64,000 nt of DNA from the human T2T-CHM13v2.0 reference genome, Homo sapiens, in assembly GCF_009914755.1 (NCBI RefSeq), contig NC_060942.1. One strand, written 5' to 3'. The position numbers were made by a program, and so were the translations under genes. The notes under the pieces are model-generated. The model made no database searches. It saw only the letters and a list, made by a program, of their open reading frames with translations, and was not told the origin of the DNA. Each line of letters opens with the position of its first letter. Position 1 is the stretch's first letter. Shown piece by piece: positions 33,691 to 46,919 of this stretch.

Positions 33691-34489
33691 ATTTAAAAAA
33701 TATATATATATAAAATATATATTTATATATTTTTTGATATACAAATAATGTATATATAAATAATACATATAAATTATATATAAATGATTATATATATGTA
33801 GTTATCCTTATTCAAGGGAACACAATGATATGGTTTCCTTTTATCATCTTAAATATATATAGGGGAACGCTTCATCTTTTTTTTTATAGCAGATGGCAAG
33901 GGAAGGCACATACCAAAGTGGTAGCCAGTCAGAGATCACCTCTCCTTTGCCATCTGGAGATTGTTATCTGCTTTTCAAAGATACTATTTTTACCAATGCC
34001 AAGCTTGGTAAAATTCTTAAGATGTAATTCAGTCTAATCATAGATATCGCTAGACAAGACTGGTCCTATGCAGTTTATAACAGAAATGTGGCCATTATTT
34101 TAGTAAGGATGGTTGAGATAACGCTGCATTATAAAATTAATGCTAGAGTTCTAGTAGATTAAAAACAATTTGTTTGTTTGTTTATTTGTTTTTCTAGTTC
34201 ATGCTTCATTTTTCATTGACATTGGCTTAAGGGCCTCATTCTGCACTAGCACTCGGGAACTCAGGATCATGGAGACTTCCACAATATTGTAGCTGTACTA
34301 TCTGGAATATGTGACCTCTTTTGTTTGTGGATCAGAAGAGATAAGCCTTTTCTTATACTATCTAGCTTAGAAGTAAAGTGAAGGCATCCCTTCTAACTGC
34401 AGTTCTTTGGCCAGCGCTCATCACACGGCCTCAGCTGAATCTTGCCTGGGAGATGTAATCCTGCAGACTAGATGTGGAAGTCTCTTTTT

Positions 34490-34795
34490 CCCTTCTCAGG
34501 AAAAGAGCCACTTTTCCGAAGGACAAACCTCCATCCCTGGGCAGCCTGTAGACAATGACTTGGGACAGCTTGATGGGAGGGAGGGTAAAAGATTCCAGCC
34601 TCTTAATTTAATGTCAACATTTCTGAAGAGCCCTTATAGCTCCAGAGCTCTTCACAGGATGGCAGAGGCTGTTATGTATCCTCTCTCTCTGCTCACTCAC
34701 CACTTCGCCACAGGAATTGATCTGGACTGCATTTCCCAATAAATTCTTTATAAGCAAATCTTTAATCTAGAGTCTGGTTCCCAGAGATCTTGACC
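34490..34795 (+). mobile_element. LTR16-like ERVL LTR remnant
   Basis: gctccagagctcttcacagg...cccaataaattc...gcaaatctttaatctagagtctggttcccag. Confidence 0.6.
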
Positions 34796-34799
34796 TGTG

Positions 34800-34960
34800 G
34801 GCCACCACCTATATCAAAATCACTGGATTGCTTGTTAAAAATGCAAATGACTTGTCTTTATTCCAGGACTATTGATTTAGAATATCTAGAAATGGAGGTT
34901 GGAAATCTGCATTATTAAAAAGCACCCCAGAAAATTATTTTTCTCATTAAAGTGACACTA
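34800..34960. mobile_element. MER5-family MITE remnant
   Basis: atcaaaatcactggattgcttgttaaaaatgcaaat...ggaaatctgcattattaaaaagcacccc. Confidence 0.7.
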
Positions 34961-35717
34961 ACAATGACAGTAGTAATTACCGTGATTATTCACAAAATTG
35001 AATTGTTGAAGTAGTGGGGGAAGATGTTCAGAGAATTAAAAAACCTTATGCAGGCTTTTGTGTCAAAATCATTTATGCTAACATAGAAACATGTTTACAA
35101 ATGAACTTCATAAGGGATAGTCAAAGAAGCCACTGACAGCAACAAAGATTTGAGTCAACAGACCATGCCATGTCTGTTGTCAATTACAGAAGCCAAATTA
35201 ACATATTTAACATATTTTTGATGTCTCAGATCCCTGCCGCCTAAAACTTCCTACCTTAGCCACTCCTTTTCTTTGAGCTTCTGGAATTGTAAACCTGAAT
35301 TGCCAATTGCCATTGCTGAGAAGGCAAATGAGGCTTCAAAGCTATTAGGCCACTTTGAGACTGATACTATTGAAGTGGATATGTAACTGAAGTCTTCCTT
35401 TCACATTAGAGGTAAATTACTTTTTCCCTTCTCCTTGTTCCGATCTTGGTAGAAACTCCAGAAGTCCTCAACCTATCAAGAATTGAGCCATGAGACACTG
35501 CCTTGCAGGAAGCAAAAGGGAAAATGTGCGCCCAATATACATTTACCAGAATATCCTAAAATATTTTAAACCCAGTAGAAATGATAACGTAAGCTCTATG
35601 ATCAAAAGACATGACTATGTATAAAGCCCCGTGTCGCTCAATCTGTTCACACACCATTGTGAACACTCATAACCCTGCCCAGCTGGGAACACCACAGTCA
35701 TGTGGGTCCAGGAACCA

Positions 35718-35976
35718 AGGGCTGATTAAAAATGGTCCTACTGCATTAAACAAGGTCAAAAGACTGCACTGCACCGTAATGACTACTGTAAAACCAATAA
35801 CCTGTACTTACTCAAAATTGCTTCTATTTTATTCATCATTGATTTTTACATTAATTTTAACTTTCTAAACTATTGCATTTAATTATTGCTTTCTTGATGA
35901 TTCTGTTTCTGTCACCCCCTGAAATTTTGTGCCCAAGGTGAGTACCTCACTTGCCTTACTTGAAATCTTAGCCCTG
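35718..35976. mobile_element. MER91-like hAT-Tip100 element
   Basis: agggctg...aaattttgtgcccaaggtgagtacctcacttgcc...agccctg (matching agggct/agccct ends). Confidence 0.55.
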
Positions 35977-36064
35977 CCATGAGGGATCATTGCTTTTACA
36001 TATGGGCACTCAGTTATACCTATGAGTAGCTGCAGATTTCTGATGTTCGTCTTATTTAAAAGCC

Positions 36065-36290
36065 AGAGTGAGGCAGTAGAAAGAACATTTAATTAGAAGT
36101 GACAAAACTTGGGTAATAGTTCCATCTCTGGAGCTTCTTAGTGATGTGAACTTGGAAAACCAGACTCATTTATCTTTAGCTTTTATTTGGAAAATGGAAA
36201 TAAATACAATGTAACATGTTTGTTAGCCTCAAAGTATCCTTGTGAGAATACAATGAGTTAATGCCTGTGAAAACACTCTGAAAAAGTAGA
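36065..36290 (+). mobile_element. MIR SINE
   Basis: gcagtagaaagaacatt...gatgtgaacttggaaa...ttgtgagaatacaatgagttaatgcctgtgaaaacact. Confidence 0.7.
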
Positions 36291-36542
36291 ATCATATTTA
36301 ATGCATATAAAAAATGACATTGAAACCGTGTTTGTTGCTATTTTTATAGCATAATCTTTGGAATGTTTTTGATGAGTATATGAGTGGAAGAAATGCATTC
36401 CAGTTAGATGACCCAGTTGTTGCTAATGAAAACATTTTTCTCCTCATCTCAATTATTACTCCCCCCTCCAAATCCATGTATTCCCAATTCTCCTAATGTC
36501 CTTGTACCATTGAAAGCTAGTGTTTGGGTGGCAGTACCAGAG

Positions 36543-36712
36543 CAGTGATTTTCAAGTGAGATTCCCTAACCAGCACATAAGTATCACCTGGATCTTGTTA
36601 GAAATGCAAATTTTCAGACAACATCCAATAAACTCTGGGGCTTGGGCCAACAAATGTGCATTTTAACAAGCCCTCCAGGTGACTTGGAAGCCCGCTAGTG
36701 TTGAGAGCCACT
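36543..36712. mobile_element. MER5A MITE
   Basis: cagtgattttcaagtg...cttgttagaaatgcaaatttt...ttttaacaagccctccaggtg...ttgagagccact. Confidence 0.85.
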
Positions 36713-37084
36713 AGATCAAATGAAAGGAACGGAAGAGCGGAAGATCAGTCTGCCAAGCGATTTCTCCAGAACCAGAACTTTTATTTTGTTGGTAGAATTC
36801 TCATAAAATCACCTTTTGCCTTTACCATTTTATCATTAATTTCTAGGCCACATCTTTTTTCTTCTATGTTTTTTACTTACCGTGTAATTTAATGATCTTT
36901 CTCTCTCTCTTCCCCCCGCCCCCGTATAGAAATAGGTGTTACATAAGAAACACCTGGAGTGCTTGAGTGAACATCATTATTACCAGCTCCTGCCTGGGAT
37001 TATTAATTGGTGTGGAATCTTTAACAGAAACACCCAAACAAATGACAATGAAGCCGTTTCTAGACCACAATTTGAGTTGTGCAG

Positions 37085-37449
37085 TGATATGGTTTGGCTT
37101 TGTGTTCCCACCCAAATCTCATCTTGAATTGTAATCCCATAATCCCCACGTGTAGTGAGAGGGACCCAGTGGGAAGTAATTGAATCATGGGCGTGGTTTC
37201 CACCATGCTCTTCTCCTGATAGTGAGTGAGTTCTCATGAGATCTGATGGTTCTATAAGCATCTGGCATTTCCCTTGATGGCACTCATTCTCTCTCCTGCT
37301 GCCTTGTGAAGAGCTGCCTTCTGCCATGATTGTAAGTTTCCTGAGGCCTCTCCAGCCATGTGGAACTGTGAGTCAATTAAACCTCTTTTCTTTATAAATT
37401 ACCCAGACTCAGGTATTTCTTCATAGCAGTAGAAGAAAGGACTCATACA
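37085..37449 (+). mobile_element. THE1C/D MaLR solo LTR
   Basis: tgatatggtttggctttgtgttcccacccaaatctcatcttgaattgt...actcataca; TSD TGCAG on both sides. Confidence 0.95.
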
Positions 37450-37704
37450 TGCAGCTATTAGGGTAATGTTTCAAAAAGTATAGATACAGGTAAAACTTAA
37501 GTAGCTGTAATTCATCAATGCTTAATCAAACTCTAGTTTTTCTTAATGTGCTTGCTCCATAAGTATTTCAATTCTCAGGAACAAAATTGACAGGTTAAAC
37601 TGAAGATTGAACATAAGCTACTATCTTTGCTTCCTTGTAAAACTTCACTTACATGAGAATAAGTGGATAACAGAGATGTACTTCCATAAAACAAAGTGTG
37701 ATTT

Positions 37705-38565
37705 TGTGACATAATCGGCAATATATATTTGGTCTTCATCCTGGTTCCTAGCACAGAGCTCCTAACATCCTTGAAGTTTTCTGACTGATAGGGGTGTGAG
37801 GAAGGTATTTTAGTATTCCTAATAAGCCACATTTTTTCATCCCTATTTATGCTAATGAGGTGACTCTTGGTGGGCCCTTTAGACAGCTTCAAGATACAGG
37901 CTGGTTGACAGAGGAACAAATTATGAGATAAGAGGTTTGGAATTTTCAGCCCTATTTCCCTCTTTCCCCTCTCCTAACCTCTATGGGTGCAGAGGGGCTG
38001 GTGATTGAGTTAATCACAAATGACCAATGATTTAATCAATCGTGCCTACTTAATGAAGCCTCCATTAAAAACCCCTAAACAATGGGGTTCGGAAAGACTC
38101 AAGGTCGGTGAACACATTCATATACTCAGACTCTGGTGGTGCACTGCAATTCATGGGGACAGAGCAGGTGCTCCTATACTTGGGACCCTTCTGGACCTCA
38201 CCGTATTTACCTCTTCGTCTGGCTGTTCATTTGTATTCTTTATAATAAATCTGTGACAGTAAATAGTGTTTTCTTGAGTTCTTGAGCCATTCTAGCAAAT
38301 TATCAAAACCGAGCAAGAAGTCATGGGAACCTCTGACCTTGTAGCCAAGTGGGGCAGAAATGTGGGTAACCTGGGCATCCACCACTTGCAACTGGCCTCT
38401 GAAGTCAGGGAAGTCTGTGGTCTGAGATTTTAATCATGTGGAGCCCAGTGCTCACTCTGGGTAGTTAGTCAGAATTTAATTAAATTGTAGGACACCCAGT
38501 TGGTGTCAGAGAATTGATTGGTGTGAAGAAAAAAACTCCATACTCTTGGCGCCAGAATTGGTGTT
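37705..38565 (+). mobile_element. MER21-like LTR
   Basis: tgtgacataatcggcaatatatatttggtcttcatcctggttcctagcacagagctcc...gttggtgtcagagaattg. Confidence 0.8.
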
Positions 38566-39428
38566 ATAAAAATACTTCAGAGAAGGAAAATGAAAAAAGG
38601 TGACTGAGTTTTGAAATATCAATTATATCTCTTCCTAACTGGAGCTTAGAACCATTGAGGGAGAGTGGCAGGATAGGGATTAGGTTCCTAACAGGAAAAG
38701 ACACATTGGAGGAGAGGTTTTGGTAGTGCAAATACATGAGCTTGCTAACTTTGCTTTGCGTTGTGCTTAGCACCCAGATTGATGCCTTCCAGGGTGCAGG
38801 GCAGACCTAGCTCCACTACATTTAACAAGTCACCAAGGGAGCAGACAAGAGTTCAACATCTCTGTAGTCAGGGAGTGAAGGCTGAGCCAGCCATTCTCAC
38901 CAGATAAGTCACATCCTATTTGAGTTGAGGTGTGAGGTTATCTCTAAGAAGGCTGTTGTAACTTGAATGAAGAGTGTTAATACCCTAATGGCAATAAGCC
39001 AACCTGAAGACCTAAAACCAGGGGTAAGCGGTCTGCTGAAAAAACACATTCCACAGCAAAATGTTTCAGCCTTTAACCAATGGATTTGGCTATTGATCTA
39101 AATGAAAATCATTCAGAAGATGACTTTGTTCCTCATGGGAGAAAATTGGTTCTGGGTCAAAATAGTCTTGCTTTTATCTTTCATTGGTTAGATCCATCAC
39201 AAGCAATCTTTCTCAGATAATGGGTGGATAATTAGATTTTGCTCAGAGAAGGCTCTGAAATGGGTCAGGAGAGTAGTTTGAGTGCATACAATGCACATAA
39301 ACTCCTAGGCTACTCTATTATGAGCCTGAAATTTTACTCACTGTTCTATTTCCAAGTTATGTTTAGCCATAATGCTAATATCATCAAAGCATCAAAGGCA
39401 TTCCTTTAATAAAAAGCCAACAACATTG

Positions 39429-39715
39429 GGCCAAGTGCAGTGGCTAGTGCCTGTAATCCCAGTACTTAGGGAGGTCAAGGTGGAGGATCACTTGAGTCCA
39501 GGAGTTGCAGACCAGCCTAAGCAACCTAGTGGGACTCTGTCTCTACAAAAATAAAGATTTAAAAATAGCTCATTGTGGTGTCACATGCTTGTAGTCCCAA
39601 TTACTTGGGAGACTGAGGCAGGAGGATTCCTTGGGCCTGAGAATTGAGGCTGCAGTGAGGCATGATTATCACTGCACTTCACCCTGGGCAAAAGAGCAAG
39701 ACCCATCTCAAAACA
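39429..39715 (+). mobile_element. AluJ
   Basis: ggaggatcacttgagtccaggagtt...gaggctgcagtgagg; CAACAACATT flanking repeat. Confidence 0.92.
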
Positions 39716-41675
39716 ACAACAACATTAAAATGCCTCATATCCCATATTTAAACATAATGCCCTCTGTTATCAAATTCTAAGGGAGTGATTAAGTCCAAAG
39801 ACTAAATTTCTATGTACTAACTTCTTTTGCTTAAAGCAACATGGTGCTGAATCGTTCAGTGAAGGATGAATATATTGAGCCTTCCATCTTGTACATGCCA
39901 ATAATTCTGGTGGTGTGCCACTGCAGGATGCAGTATGTTCCTTTCCAATTCTGTCTCCAGTGACATTACCTTGATAAAATCATCAAAAATGAGACTATTT
40001 ACGGGATGGAAATTGTCAAATGCTATAAATTGGAGTTGTTTTATTTTTTATTCTTGAAAGTGAGATTAACAGCACACAATTAATTTATAAAACTCTACAT
40101 ATAAAATTTCCTTTGCTGAAAAGTACTCCCTTTTTGTGGGGAGAGAATTGGCCGCATAAAAATAGTCTATGCATTGCAGAGTACTATAAACATAGCCTGT
40201 TTTTAAAAATATTCCTTTTTACAGATATTTCTCGTTGCTACTAGCCACAAGTAAGGTAAATGACATGCAATTGTTCTCTTCCACGATAGGGTAGTGGGGA
40301 GAAAATATATGCTTAAAAGCAATAGCTGTAGCCAGAAAAAGTACAGCCTGCAAGCATTTCCACAGGCAGTGATGGAGAGTGAAGACAGTGAGCATGAATG
40401 TGGCCAAGGCTAAGATCTCATTCCAAGAAAACTCCATTTTTGCAAACTCCTGGCATTCAACTGTCTCCTCACCTTAAATTGGTCTTTTCTTTTATAACTT
40501 AATCTTTCTCATTTCCCACATGCCGACATGCTTTCTTGAAATCATGAGAGTCAATAATTATGACTTTATTTTTTTATTTTTGCTGCTTTATGAGATGTTT
40601 TCTGAACACAACAAGCTCAAACGTGAACATTGGTGTCTTTACAGAGCACTAACCAGCTAAACCTTACTTTCTCTACTAATACAATATGACAATTAAAAAA
40701 TTAAATGATTAAGAATTTCCAGCATCCTACGAAAAATATCTAGTGCAATGATGATAGTATATATTCCACAGAATATTAATTTTGAGAAATATTAAAAGGA
40801 AGTGGAGATACTGAGTTAAATTAATTATTATAAAGAGTATTTTATATTGCAAAGAAGCCACAATGTATGTAACTTCGGAATATAAGTGATTGTAATTTGA
40901 AGACTTTATGAATTTCACCACCCTTTTTTATATTGTATAAATTAGAATTTTATCCTACCACAATCTGGCAAAAATGTTTCTGTGTCCCTTATGGTCTTCT
41001 TCTGTGCTGCAGAATATTATGATGCATTGAATTTATTGAAAAAATACATTTTAAATACCATGTAGGCAGATGGGATTGTCTATGGATCTGTGCCTTATTC
41101 TTAGATTAATGGTTGGTACGCCCTGGTGTAAAAGAGCATGTGCATGTATGTGTGCAGGGCTGGGGCATAGGATAGGTGTATGACGTTCGTGCCTTCATGT
41201 TACATATATGATTGGAAGTGGATCATGTCTTCATGAGCTGTTTGTGATAACAGTAGCCATGCAGCCATACATGGCAGCTCCTCTAAAGAAATTACTAGTG
41301 CTTATCACACTTGGTCTTGCCAAGAAAACTCCCCTCTGTGTTTTTATTTTTCTAACAAAGCTTTAAGCAGAAGTCCATTTTGAAAACATTATAAATTTGT
41401 CCTCCTTAAAGCAAAATGATAGTCCATAGAATTTCTTACCCATCGTCAAACTTTCCCACCAATCTTTGGCATCTCCTAGCTCCTTAAATACCTGGGGCTT
41501 CAGAGGTGTGATTTGTAATCTACAGATCTAGAGAAATCTCATTTTAAGAATGGGAGAAGGGAAACTCAATGAAGCAAAGAAATGAATAGAAAGTTTAAAA
41601 ATATTTTTTCATTGCTAGTTTCTTTTTCCATTGCTATGGATTCTCATACATGGGGGTAAAGATGAGCTCTGACTC

Positions 41676-42800
41676 TGTTAATGACCAAGAAGGCCTTATC
41701 CTCTCACCTAGACTAAACTTGAGACAGCCTTCTTCTTGACTGATAATTTACTTTAGAAAACATGTAATTGTAAATCCTTTCTCTTCCTGTTTTTTAAAAG
41801 CTTCTTGCCAGTTTTGCAATCCAGGACTGGTCAAGAACCTGGGGGTCATCCTTTTGAAATAAAGTCATGTACCACATAATGCCACTTTGGTTAATGACAG
41901 ATCACATTTATGACAGTGGTCCTCTAAGATTCTAAGGGACATGAAAAATTTCTATCACCTGGTGACATTGTACTTGTCATCATGTCATAGCACAATTTAT
42001 TTCTTTATAAATTTAGTATAGCCTAAGTGTATAGTGTTTATAAAAGTCTACAATAGTATAATGTCCTGGGCCTTCACATTCACTCACCACTCACTCACTG
42101 ACTCACCCTGAGCAACTTCCGGTCCTGCAAGCTCCGTTCATAAGAAGTATCCAATACCTGTGTACCATTTTTTATCCTTTATACCATATTTTTACTGTAC
42201 ATTTTCTATGTTTAGACATATTCAAATATACAAATACTTGCCATTGTGTTATAATTGCCTGCAGTATTCACTGCAGTAACATGGTGTATATGTTTGCAGC
42301 ACGGGAGCAATAGGCTACACCATATAGCTTAGGTGTGTAGTAGGCTATACCATCAGTGTTTGTGTGAGTACACTCTATGATGTTTGCACAGAGACAAAAT
42401 CACCTAATAATGCACTTCTCAGAATGTATCCCCATCATTAAGTGAGGCATGACTATAATTATAATTATAATTATAATAATTATTGGATAATTATCCAAGA
42501 AGATAGAGCCCCTATCTCCCAGTATTTGTGACAAGGTAGAAGCCTAACTTCAGAGGTCTCCTTGCTCTAAGTTGTAAAACTACCTATTGTCATGAAGTTA
42601 TGAGAAAATTTACTTTTCCTTTGAGTAGAACCAATTAGAAAGCACAGTGGCCTAAGATACCTTTCTCACCCCAATTCTTAAAAACTCTCCTGCCCTTTGT
42701 TTTAGAGGAATTCAGTTTGACTTAGTTTTGGCCTCCCCTACTGCAAGAGCCTTAAATAAAGTCTTCCTTACCTCTTTAACTTTGTCTAGTGCAAATTTCA
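41676..42800 (+). mobile_element. ERV1 LTR (MER67/MER31-like) split by Tigger3
   Basis: gactaaacttgagacag...gaaaacatgtaattgtaaatcctttctc...aaataaagtcttccttacc. Confidence 0.65.
41862..42455. mobile_element. Tigger3-family non-autonomous DNA transposon (~590 bp)
   Basis: TIRs agtcatgtaccacataatg / cattaagtgaggcatgact; internal cactcaccactcactcactgactcaccc. Confidence 0.9.
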
Positions 42801-42970
42801 AGCTTGATTCTGCTACTTAACTTGAAATTCTTATAGCTCTATAAAATTAGGTCTATAAATTGAATGACTATAATAGTACCTAATTTCAGAATTATTCCGA
42901 CAATAAAGTGGGATAATACATAAAATGACTTTAGCATGGCTCAGAGTAAGTACTAGCAATAATAGTAATA
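42800..42970 (+). mobile_element. MIR fragment
   Basis: ataatagtaccta...taaagtgggataatacataaaatgactttagcat. Confidence 0.55.
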
Positions 42971-45159
42971 GTACTGAATAATAAAGTGAGTATAATTATA
43001 ATTAAGCCCTATTATTACTAATAATTACTATTATTGTTGCAATATAATTATAAGAGAAGACAATAAATGAACATTTTTTTCTCTATCTTGAAATGGCCCT
43101 ATGTTCTACTGTAATGATGCTATCATTACAAATTTCTCTCCTTTCATTGTAATGCAAACATCTGAGATTCATTATGCAATTAAGAAAATTCCTATTTAGA
43201 GACATTTAACTATCCTGTGAATTAATCTTTTCACCTTGTATGTTAGACTTTGCCCACACAAAGCTCCTTCACTGACAATTAGCACTTCTTCTGTTTAGAC
43301 TACCATTGCTAGCTTGCCAACACCTCTCCAAAGGAGATTGAGGAAAGGGAAAGAGATAAAATCTAAAACTCCGGGTTGCCAGAATTACTTTCAAAGCACT
43401 GAAATGAAGAGATGCTTAGGAAGGGGGATGGTTGAGTCTTTTGTCTCTTGATACGTTGTCTGACTTTCTGCCCTGATAGCTCCTGACTAGTCTAGTAGCT
43501 CTGACTCACAGATAAGTAAATTTTGGGGCATAGAGGGAGCTATTTCTTTAGAGTCAAGATCAGTTGAAATGCAGTTTATTTCTGAAACCACGTGCTTTAA
43601 GAATTGCATAGATTGTCTCTAAAGTGGACCAGGCACCAAAGTTTGAATAAATATGCTTATTTGATGAGGATTTTTAAAAATGGGCCCAATGGAACAAATA
43701 AAGAGCTGTTTTTCAACTATGTCACAGTTCTGCTTCCTGGTTGAGAAGCCATAGGAATGCATAGATCGACTTTATCAGGCTGGATTCAATCTGTATTTTA
43801 ACTATAAGATTTTGCAATTGCTGAAATTAACGAAAAATATTTGCTTAAAAATCAATTTACATTGCAAATTTTTTTAAAATTATTGTTTTAAAGCCTGTTA
43901 ACAAGCACTGCTAACCAGAACCTGATAGGAGTAAGGTGTGTGGACATCCGCTGGGAAGATTGAGATCCTGAAAACCATTTCAGTGTCTTCTGTACGCCAT
44001 CTTTGTTCTAACTCCATATTTGAGTTTTATTGAAAAAGGCAGCCTGTCAGAGATTAGGACTGGAGACTAAGTAATCTATTTCAGGCTCACTATTTGTTTT
44101 TCCCTTCAGAAACATAAATAATACATCAAAGAAGGATTTTTTTGTCACTGTTTTGCCTTTTGATCCTTCCTAGTCAAAGACTAATATTAAAGTGCATTTC
44201 ACTTGGTTGTACTAGTAAGATAAAAAATAATCACATAATATACAGGAAAAGTGAAAAAAAAAAAACAGTGTTGAAAACAAATACACTTCTCAACATATTG
44301 AACACAGTTCAAAAGAAGTAACGGATACTTCAGTCGGCCAGATAGGTCCTCAAGCGATTTCAGTGATGAGGTTTAGATTCTCAAGGGAGCTGGGAGAGGA
44401 GAGTGACATTGTCTTCCCATTTCTCCTGGGAATTCTTAATGCTCATCCCCCAGAGCCAAAAATGACTTTATGAAGGTTTTGAGGCCATGTCTTTCTCTGG
44501 AGAACCTTAATGTTCTTATGTAGTTTAAGGAAAAAGTTGCGGTGATGAAATTTTAGTTGTTTATTAACAAGAGAATAACACAGTGGGGAAAAGCGAGATG
44601 TAGTGAACCAAGGAATATTTTGCTTAAAAATAAAATAAAATTTGCCTGTTGCAAGTCCTTACACAAAAGCCTCATTGGCCTCTGTGAAGTCTTAAGCAAG
44701 TCTTTGTGGGATGAAAGAATATACTCTTGTTAAGTTGTAGTTATAGAACCACTCAGGCTTAGAGGGGTATAATTAAAGCTTATTCAATCATTTGTGCCAG
44801 TCAGAGCCAGGCTCCTTGTGGAACGTGAAAATGAATTCTGTATGGAGAGAGAATAATAACTGGCTAAAATTGTGAAGTGTTAAACCTATTTTAAACAGTT
44901 GTTAGAAGTTACCCAAATGAGAAATCATAGTTGGTCTCTGCTGATATAACCATCAGCTTAGGTTTTTTAGAAAGCAGACACATATATTTTGAATATAATT
45001 ATAAATTATGTCAATTCATTATTTAATATTACTGATGTTATAATATCCCTTTGCAACTTTAGTTTTTTTGTGGATGCATGTATAAGTTTAATTATAACAA
45101 TGTTTAGTATTCAATTTACAAGGTTGATAGCATGATCTCTGTATTGCAGGAAGTATTTT

Positions 45160-45390
45160 TTTTTTAACATTTAAGAGTTTTATTTATTTATTTATTTATT
45201 TATATTTTTATTATACTGTAAGTTCTAGGGTACATGTGCACAACGTGCAGGTTTGTTACATATGTATACATGTGCCATGTTGGTGTGCTGCACCCATTAA
45301 CTCCTCATTTACATTAGGTATATCTCCTAATACTATCCCTCCCCCCTCCCCCCACCCCACAACATGCCCCTGTGTGTGATGTTCCCCTTC
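45160..45390 (-). mobile_element. 5'-truncated L1PA (PA5-like) 3'UTR insertion
   Basis: ttatactgtaagttctagggtacatgtgcacaacgtgcagg; TSD TGCAGGAAGTATTTT at 45145-45159 and 45391-45405. Confidence 0.95.
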
Positions 45391-46919
45391 TGCAGGAAGT
45401 ATTTTAAGATCACATTCAGTGGTACATTTGTTTAAAGTAACCTTCTATATTCTTCTTCTGCATATCAGATATTTAATTTTATTCATAAATCTGTGCTTAT
45501 AATGTATCTACTAAAAGTCTCTGAAGAGACAAGAGTGAAGGAAATCAAGAACAGTCAGCCATATTAAAATACTACTACTTTTTTTCTAAAAACGCACTAA
45601 AAAAAACATTTTTATTCTATTATACTTACAATATTTCCTTTTTCCTTTATGTCATTTGGCCATAAATCCTCTTGAAAGGCAAGGCTTTACAACCCACTTT
45701 CTCCTGCTATGTTCTTATTATCTGTACAGTTGGATATATCCATTTTTTTATTCAGTCAACATTTATTGGATGTCTATTGTTTGCCAGAGTTTATGCTACA
45801 TGTTGGATACAACTAAATTATACAAATTCTTCAGCATTCTATTCTATAACTGATGTGTAACTTCTTCCTTTTCAAATAATATTTACTTTTGAGCTTTCAG
45901 AAATCATTTTTATGAGCCAGTCAAGCCTATGTTCTTTATCTTAATCTCTACCAAATTTTTATATTTACATTTGCAACTATTAACACAACTTTCTACAAGT
46001 ATGAAGGGTAGTGCAAAGTAAATGTTTTTTAAACCAAATTTATTACCTAATATAAGATCTCTCTTTCATAAATTTAAGATACAGGGTCTACTGTTCTCAT
46101 AACACAAAGAAACTTGGAGGGATCTTTGATTTTTCTCCTTCATTGCCCTCAAAATTTTCTTTGTAAGGGCACTTAAATTCATTTCCACCTCTTTACCTCT
46201 TTTGTTCCATTCTTTGTTGTTTTACCTGAGAGGCTTGGTTAATCCTTCAAGTAATATATGATCTGGACCAAAGTGGCCTATAGTGCTACCCAGCAATGCT
46301 CCTTTATTTCCCCCATCTCATTCATTTTTACCAGCTCCTGGACATCTCCTTTTCCTGTCTTCTATCTACAGAATATTTACCTCTCATATTTAGCTCTACA
46401 GTGCATTTCTTGTTTCAGCTAATAAATGTGCTCTGCCCTCTACACACTTGCTTAAATCAATAGCGCTCCTCTATGAGCCCCTTCCTCCATTTGAGCATCA
46501 GATCTTTTCCTCTCTACCAAAATACGGTGCTTCAGAAACTTACTTATCTGTGCTGCTGTATCAAATTTTCCTTCTCTCCGTGAACACATCCATCAACATA
46601 AAATACTTCAGTAAATTTTTCATCCCTAAAAGATAAACAAAAAGATTCTCTTGATCCAAGTCATCTCTAGCTATTTTCCTACTCTGTTTTTCAATAAAGC
46701 TTCTTCAGAAAGTCTTCTGTATTTGCTATCTCCAATTTATTTTCTCCTGGTCTTTATTTGATAACTAAGTGCTGACTTAACTCATTGGGTAATCAGGATA
46801 TTATTGAGAATAAAAGGAAATGCTATTGATAATGATTGAAGTTAAGTGCAAATCTAGACTGTCTTATGGAAACCAGATACACTACATACTCTTTTAACAT
46901 CATTTCATTTTACTTTGCT

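Noticed and set aside
33695-33800. AT-only tract (also 28560-28720 and 42455-42500)
   Set aside because: Ordinary low-complexity (TA)n-derived sequence; small palindromes are expected there.
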